In this document: in pieces, positions 42,419-46,866 of the stretch | How the letters are laid out: every line of letters begins with the position of its first letter | How positions within the stretch are numbered: position 1 is the stretch's first letter | DNA from: an uncultured Gemmatimonadales bacterium | GTDB taxonomy: Bacteria; Gemmatimonadota; Gemmatimonadetes; Gemmatimonadales; GWC2-71-9 | DNA: 46,866 nucleotides | Assembly: GCA_963844035.1 (NCBI GenBank) | Contig: CAWJMT010000034.1 | Span: forward strand, 1-46,866 | Direction: 5' to 3' | Made by a program: the position numbers and the translations under genes | The notes under the pieces: generated by a model | What the model was told of the DNA's origin: nothing | Databases searched by the model: none | The model's input: only the letters and a program-made list of their open reading frames with translations

Positions 42419-43129
42419 ATGAGCAGCGATCCACCCGAAACGACGACGCCCGGGGATGACGTCCTCCTGATCGCCTGCCCGGCCGTGCTCGGCGAGCTTG
42501 CCGACGGTGCCACCGACGGCGTGCGCACCGCGACGCTCGAGGCGCAGCTCCACATCAGCCCGGAGCGTCTCAAGGTGGCAATGAGGGCCGCGGTGGCCGA
42601 CGCCGACAAGCCAGGAGTCACCATCGTGCTCGGCTACGGCCTGTGCTCGAACGCCGTGCTGGGCCTCAAGACCGAGCACGCCACTCTTGTGGTGCCAAGG
42701 GTGGACGACTGCATCGCGATGATGCTGGGCTCGAACGAGGCGTTCGCCGCCGAGTCGGCCAAGGCGCGCGGCTCCTACTACGTGGCCAAGGCCTATCTGG
42801 ACGAGTGCGACACCATCATGAGCGAGCACGAGAAGCTCGTGGAGAAGCGTGGGGTCGAGCGCGCCGAGAGGATGATGCGCCTGCTGCTGGAGCACTACAC
42901 CCGGATCGTGCTGATCAATACCGGCCGCTACGACGTGGAGCCCTCCCGGGCGCGGATCACCCCGTTCGCCGAGACATTCGGCCTGGAGATCGAAGAAGTG
43001 GCCGGGACCACGCGCATCCTGGACGCGCTGGTGGAGGGCGGCTGGGACGACGATTTCGTTGTCGCCCCTCCGGGTCATGAGCTCACGCTGCGGGACTTCC
43101 GGCCCGAGCTGTTCGCCGGCGACTCCTGA
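42419..43129 (+). CDS. DUF1638 domain protein
   Basis: LIAC, LHISPERL, IVLGYGLCSN, PRVDDCIAMMLGS, YTRIVLINTG; corrinoid gene context. Confidence 0.88.
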   Translation: MSSDPPETTTPGDDVLLIACPAVLGELADGATDGVRTATLEAQLHISPERLKVAMRAAVADADKPGVTIVLGYGLCSNAVLGLKTEHATLVVPRVDDCIAMMLGSNEAFAAESAKARGSYYVAKAYLDECDTIMSEHEKLVEKRGVERAERMMRLLLEHYTRIVLINTGRYDVEPSRARITPFAETFGLEIEEVAGTTRILDALVEGGWDDDFVVAPPGHELTLRDFRPELFAGDS

Positions 43130-43174
43130 GCTCGGCAAGGTCTCCGCCATGCGAAACGCGCTCGCGGTCTGAGG

Positions 43175-43846
43175 TCAGACCTCAGGCTCGTCGCCCGCCG
43201 ATTCACGTTTGCCGGCGACCACGCGCTGGCAGATCCTGACGCCCTCCATGGCGTTTGAGCTCCAGGAGTCGGCGCCGACGTAGTCGCGCACGGCCTCGTC
43301 GACGATCCCGCCGCCCAGGATCACGAACGGCGGCGGCGCGAGCTTCGGCTCGGCCTTCAGCAGGGCGGTCGTCCCCTTCATGCTGGAGAAGGACGCCGTG
43401 ATCAGGCCAGAGAGGCCGACGATGTCTGGGCGCCACTCGAGGGCCGCTTCGACGAACGCGCCCGGCGGCACGTCGATCCCGATGTCGTACACGGTGAAGC
43501 CGAAGCTGCGCAGCATCGTCGCCATGAGGTTCTTGCCGATATCGTGGATGTCGCCGGCGACGGTGCCCAGCAGCACCCTGCCCGACGCCTCGCCGACCAG
43601 CTCGCGCTCGAGTTGCGGCTGGACCGTCGCCAGCACTTCGCTGAAGATCTCGCCGGCGAGGATGAGGCCGGAGAGGTAGTACTCCTGTCGCTGGTAGCGC
43701 TCACCGATCACGCGCATGGCCTGATCGCAGGCGTGGACGAGCGAGAGCGATGGCTCGTCCCGAGCGAGCGCCTCCTGCACGAGTCTGAGCGTCTCGTCCT
43801 CGTCCAGCTCGATGAGAGCGTCGGTGATCGCCTTCAGCTGATCCAT
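43175..43846 (-). CDS. Cobalamin-binding (corrinoid) protein
   Basis: Cap domain plus GTVAGDIHDIGKN and IVGLSGL. Confidence 0.93.
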   Translation of the reverse strand: MDQLKAITDALIELDEDETLRLVQEALARDEPSLSLVHACDQAMRVIGERYQRQEYYLSGLILAGEIFSEVLATVQPQLERELVGEASGRVLLGTVAGDIHDIGKNLMATMLRSFGFTVYDIGIDVPPGAFVEAALEWRPDIVGLSGLITASFSSMKGTTALLKAEPKLAPPPFVILGGGIVDEAVRDYVGADSWSSNAMEGVRICQRVVAGKRESAGDEPEV

Positions 43847-44557
43847 GGCGCCTCCTCGGCCACCGGGTGGCCGGGCCCCACGTGCGTCTCAAGAGACACC
43901 TGGTCGGCGCGGCAGAGGAACCATCCCCAGCTCACGGGCCGTGCGTCGAAGTCGTAGAAGACGTGCTCGAGACAGAGGGCGGCGGCGCCGGTCTCCTCAT
44001 CGAGCGCCGCCGCCGCCTTGTCGTCCAGATTGACGGCGCTGATGCGAAGCCGTCCCCAGCGAGAAGCCGTCGCCGCCGGAGGTCTGCAGCAGGCCCTCGA
44101 GCGACGTGATCTGGAGCTGGGATTCCACCAGCGGCCGCCGGGCATCGAACACCACGTGCTCGTGGTGATAGGCGAGCGGCACGCCTCGCCGCGACAACAG
44201 GCGCCGGAGATACACGGTGCGGCGGCCGACGGGAAGCTGCAGCACGCCGGCGACCCGCTCGCTGGCCCTCGCGGTGGAGGCCGCGAGGAGACGCACGTCC
44301 ACGGAGCCATCCTGCCACTGACTCGTGATCTGGTGGAGGCGGAACGTGGCCACGCCGAGGTCCAGCGAGCGCACGAACGTGCCGCGGCCCTGCTCGGCGC
44401 TCACCACGCCGCGTTCCTCGAGCACCGCGAGTGCGCGCCGCAGGGTCATCGGGCTGACACCGAACTCGGCGCAGAACTCCGATTCGGAAGGCAGGCGGTC
44501 GCCGGGGCGGTAGTCGCCGCGTCCGATGCGCTGCCTGATGGCATCGGCGATCTGCAT
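43834..44557 (-). CDS. GntR (HutC/UTRA) family regulator (frameshift near 44050; start may be further upstream)
   Basis: YRPGDRLPSESEFCAEFGVSPMTLRRAL...QGRGTFV, followed by a UTRA-like domain. Confidence 0.9.
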
Positions 44558-44674
44558 GTAGGGATGCGTCTTGACAGCTCCGTCGGCGCCAGGTCTCGCG
44601 GCCTGCTGCCGCCTTCGCCGCCACTCCTGTCCCCATCAGCCGTCGTCACCCAGATAGTCGGGTCACTGTTGCTA

Positions 44675-44690
44675 ACTTCTCTAGAGAAGT
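44675..44690. promoter_or_regulatory. Perfect 16-bp palindrome, probable GntR operator
   Basis: ACTTCTCTAGAGAAGT in the divergent intergenic region. Confidence 0.65.
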
Positions 44691-44768
44691 CTATTCTGCT
44701 GCGCACAGCGCCCGCAACTGTTGCGGGGGCATCCTTCCACGGAAGGTCGAGCGAAGGGAGGCACCGCA

Positions 44769-45401
44769 TTGGGCACGACGGATCTTGCCCAGGCCTTGGG
44801 TGATCTGCAGGAGTCCGAAGTGATCGCCGGTGTCGAGGCGGAGCTCTCCGCCGGCAAGGATCCGATGGCCATCCTCGCAGAGGTCCAGGCGGGCATGGAG
44901 ATCGTAGGAAAGCGGTTCGAGGACGGCGAGTACTACCTCTCCGAGCTCCTCTACGCCGCCGACATCTTCAAGAAGGTCAACGCCCCGCTGGCCGAGAGGC
45001 TGCAGGGCCGCAAGAGCGAGACGCTGGCCACCATGGTGCTCGGCACCGTGAAGAACGACATCCACGAGTTCGGCAAGGACATCGTGGCCACGATCCTGAC
45101 CTCCAACGGCGTCGAGGTCATCGACCTGGGCATCGACGTCGACTACGACAAGTTCGTCGCCGCCATCCGCGAGCACCGGCCCCAGTTCGTCGGCCTCTCC
45201 TGCATGCTCACGACCGTCTTCAGCGACATGAAGGCGACCGTCGAGGCGATCGAGCAGGCCGGCCTGAGGGACTCGGTGCAGATCTACATCGGCGGCGGCC
45301 CCGTGGATGAGTCGCTGGCGAAGCACGTCGGCGCGGACCTCTATTGCCGCACCGCTCAGGACGCGGTCGTGGGCATGAAGAAGTACCTGGGGGTGAGCTG
45401 A
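44769..45401 (+). CDS. Cobalamin-binding (corrinoid) protein
   Basis: AGGGAGG RBS + TTG; GTVKNDIHEFGKD, FVGLSCML, IYIGGG. Confidence 0.92.
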   Translation: MGTTDLAQALGDLQESEVIAGVEAELSAGKDPMAILAEVQAGMEIVGKRFEDGEYYLSELLYAADIFKKVNAPLAERLQGRKSETLATMVLGTVKNDIHEFGKDIVATILTSNGVEVIDLGIDVDYDKFVAAIREHRPQFVGLSCMLTTVFSDMKATVEAIEQAGLRDSVQIYIGGGPVDESLAKHVGADLYCRTAQDAVVGMKKYLGVS

Positions 45402-45403
45402 CG

Positions 45404-46513
45404 ATGGCTGACGCAGCCACACAGCAGCTGCTCGAAGTGCACGAGCGGCGCATCCGCGACGCGGTCGCCCTGAAGACCCCGGATCGCGTCCCCGTGGTGC
45501 CGGTCGGGGACGCCTTCACCGCCCATGTCGCCGGAGTCAAGGTGTCTGAGTTCTGCACGGATCCGGTCGTCGCGTACAAGACGATGGTCGAGGTCTTCAC
45601 CGGCCTGGGCGAACTGGACGGCATCCAGCACGCCGGCTACAACGTGAACCTGCTGAGCATCATCTGGCTGTCCAAGGTCAAGATCCCCGGCCGCGATCTC
45701 GGCGAGAACGATGACTGGCAGGTCCAGGAGTCTGAGTTGATGACGGAGGCGGACTACGACGCCATCATCGACGAGGGTTTCGGCTCGTGGGTGGAGCGCT
45801 ACTACGCGGAGCGACTCCCCGGCGTGGCGGAAGGGTTCGGCGGCTTCGTCCAGTCCCTGCCCGACGCCTTCGCGGCGTGGCGCGATAAGGGGGTCGTCGT
45901 CTTCAGCCCCGTGGTCACGACGATTCCCTACGAGTACTTCTGCGGCGGGCGCTCCATGCAGAAGTTCATGCTCGATCTGCACCGCCGACCGGACAAGGTC
46001 CAGGCCGCCATGGATGCGTCGATGCCCTTCCTCAAGGAGCAGATGCGCCAGCTCATCCGCGGCTTCTCGCTCACGGGTCTGTGGCTCGGCGGCTGGCGCT
46101 CGGCGAGCGAGTTCCTCTCGCCGCGCCTGTGGGAACGCTTCGTGTTCCCGTACTACAAGGAACTGGCCGATGTCGCCGTCGAAGAGGGCGCCATCCCCGT
46201 CCTCCACTTCGACGCCGACTGGACGCGCGACCTCGAACGCTTCAAGGAGTTCCCCAAGGGGAAGTGCGTCCTGTCGCTGGACGGCAAGACCGACATCTTC
46301 AAGGCCAAGGAGGTGCTCGGCGACCACATGTGCCTCATGGGCGACGTGCCGGCGCGCATGCTTTCCCTGGGCACCCCGCAGGAAGTGACCGACTACTCCC
46401 ACCGGCTCATCAACGAGGTCGGACCGGGGGGCTTCATCCTGGCGCAAGGCTGCGACATCCCGCCGGACGCGAAGTACGAGAACGTCAAGGCGATGATCGA
46501 GGCCGTCCTGTAA
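45404..46513 (+). CDS. URO-D/MtaA superfamily protein, probable corrinoid methyltransferase
   Basis: PDRVPV, FLSPRLWERFVFPY, CLMGDVP...GTPQEV, GGFILAQGCDIP. Confidence 0.88.
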   Translation: MADAATQQLLEVHERRIRDAVALKTPDRVPVVPVGDAFTAHVAGVKVSEFCTDPVVAYKTMVEVFTGLGELDGIQHAGYNVNLLSIIWLSKVKIPGRDLGENDDWQVQESELMTEADYDAIIDEGFGSWVERYYAERLPGVAEGFGGFVQSLPDAFAAWRDKGVVVFSPVVTTIPYEYFCGGRSMQKFMLDLHRRPDKVQAAMDASMPFLKEQMRQLIRGFSLTGLWLGGWRSASEFLSPRLWERFVFPYYKELADVAVEEGAIPVLHFDADWTRDLERFKEFPKGKCVLSLDGKTDIFKAKEVLGDHMCLMGDVPARMLSLGTPQEVTDYSHRLINEVGPGGFILAQGCDIPPDAKYENVKAMIEAVL

Positions 46514-46523
46514 AGCGAAGGGA

Positions 46524-46561
46524 GCGCCGCGGCGCCCGGCCGCAGCCGGGCGCCGCGGCGC
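46524..46561 (+). other. Perfect 17-bp all-GC hairpin between co-oriented genes
   Basis: GCGCCGCGGCGCCCGGC-CGCA-GCCGGGCGCCGCGGCGC; no U tract. Confidence 0.7.
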
Positions 46562-46572
46562 CGTGACTCTCC

Positions 46573-46866
46573 ATGGACCTTCTGCTCTTCTCGGGTTTCC
46601 TCGGGTCGGGGAAGACGACCCTCATCCTGGCCTTGGCGCGAGAACTCGCCGCGCAGGGACGGCGGACGGCGTTCGTCGTCAACGAGGTGGGCGAGGTCGG
46701 CGTGGACCAGGCCGTGATGCGCGACGACGGCCTCACGGTCTACGAGATCACCGCCGGCTGCATCTGCTGCCAGCTGGGCGTCGATCTGGTCAAGACCCTC
46801 GAACTGCTGGTCGAGCAGGAGCGTCCCCAGACGGTGATCGTCGAGGCGAGCGGCGTGGCAACGCCG
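46573..46866 (+). CDS. CobW/COG0523-type GTPase (runs off window)
   Basis: FSGFLGSGKTT, VVNEVGEVGVD, AGCICC, VIVEASG. Confidence 0.9.
   Translation, partial: MDLLLFSGFLGSGKTTLILALARELAAQGRRTAFVVNEVGEVGVDQAVMRDDGLTVYEITAGCICCQLGVDLVKTLELLVEQERPQTVIVEASGVATP

Noticed and set aside
46524..46561. Rho-independent terminator
   Set aside because: No U tract, and it lies 11 bp before a co-oriented gene; more likely an mRNA stability or processing hairpin.

Overview
The window appears to be two unrelated pieces of DNA joined at ~18,735. Left (1-18.7 kb) is Planctomycetota-like core genome with many apparent indel errors. It holds an SHD1-domain protein, metG, a thioredoxin-trypsin protein, a degenerate GGDEF protein, RidA, hisI, a GT2-like protein, an XRE regulator and two coupled giant envelope proteins. 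Right (18.7-46.9 kb) is an accessory region that looks like a different high-GC organism (possibly an anaerobic actinobacterium; inference). It starts mid-gene in a type I R-M locus (hsdM-hsdS-hsdR), followed by a 779-aa pseudo-methyltransferase/TRD/HEPN-like gene. Next come a TetR-regulated M28 peptidase + peptide ABC transporter + amidase operon, an RCC1 lipoprotein + membrane-anchored cyclase-STAND-pseudoprotease pair, and a corrinoid methyltransferase cluster. The main unexplained structure is non-coding. Two ~285-bp attP-like sites sit 6,309 bp apart, each a tRNA-Cys 3' half flanked on both sides by TGCCGAC arm repeats at conserved distances, with no integrase between them. A 103-bp tandem repeat at 26.0-26.2 kb reuses the same arm motif and core half-sites but with different 7-bp spacers. 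Together these suggest a tRNA-Cys-anchored array of integrase-less gene cassettes. All calls are from reading the sequence; no searches were run.
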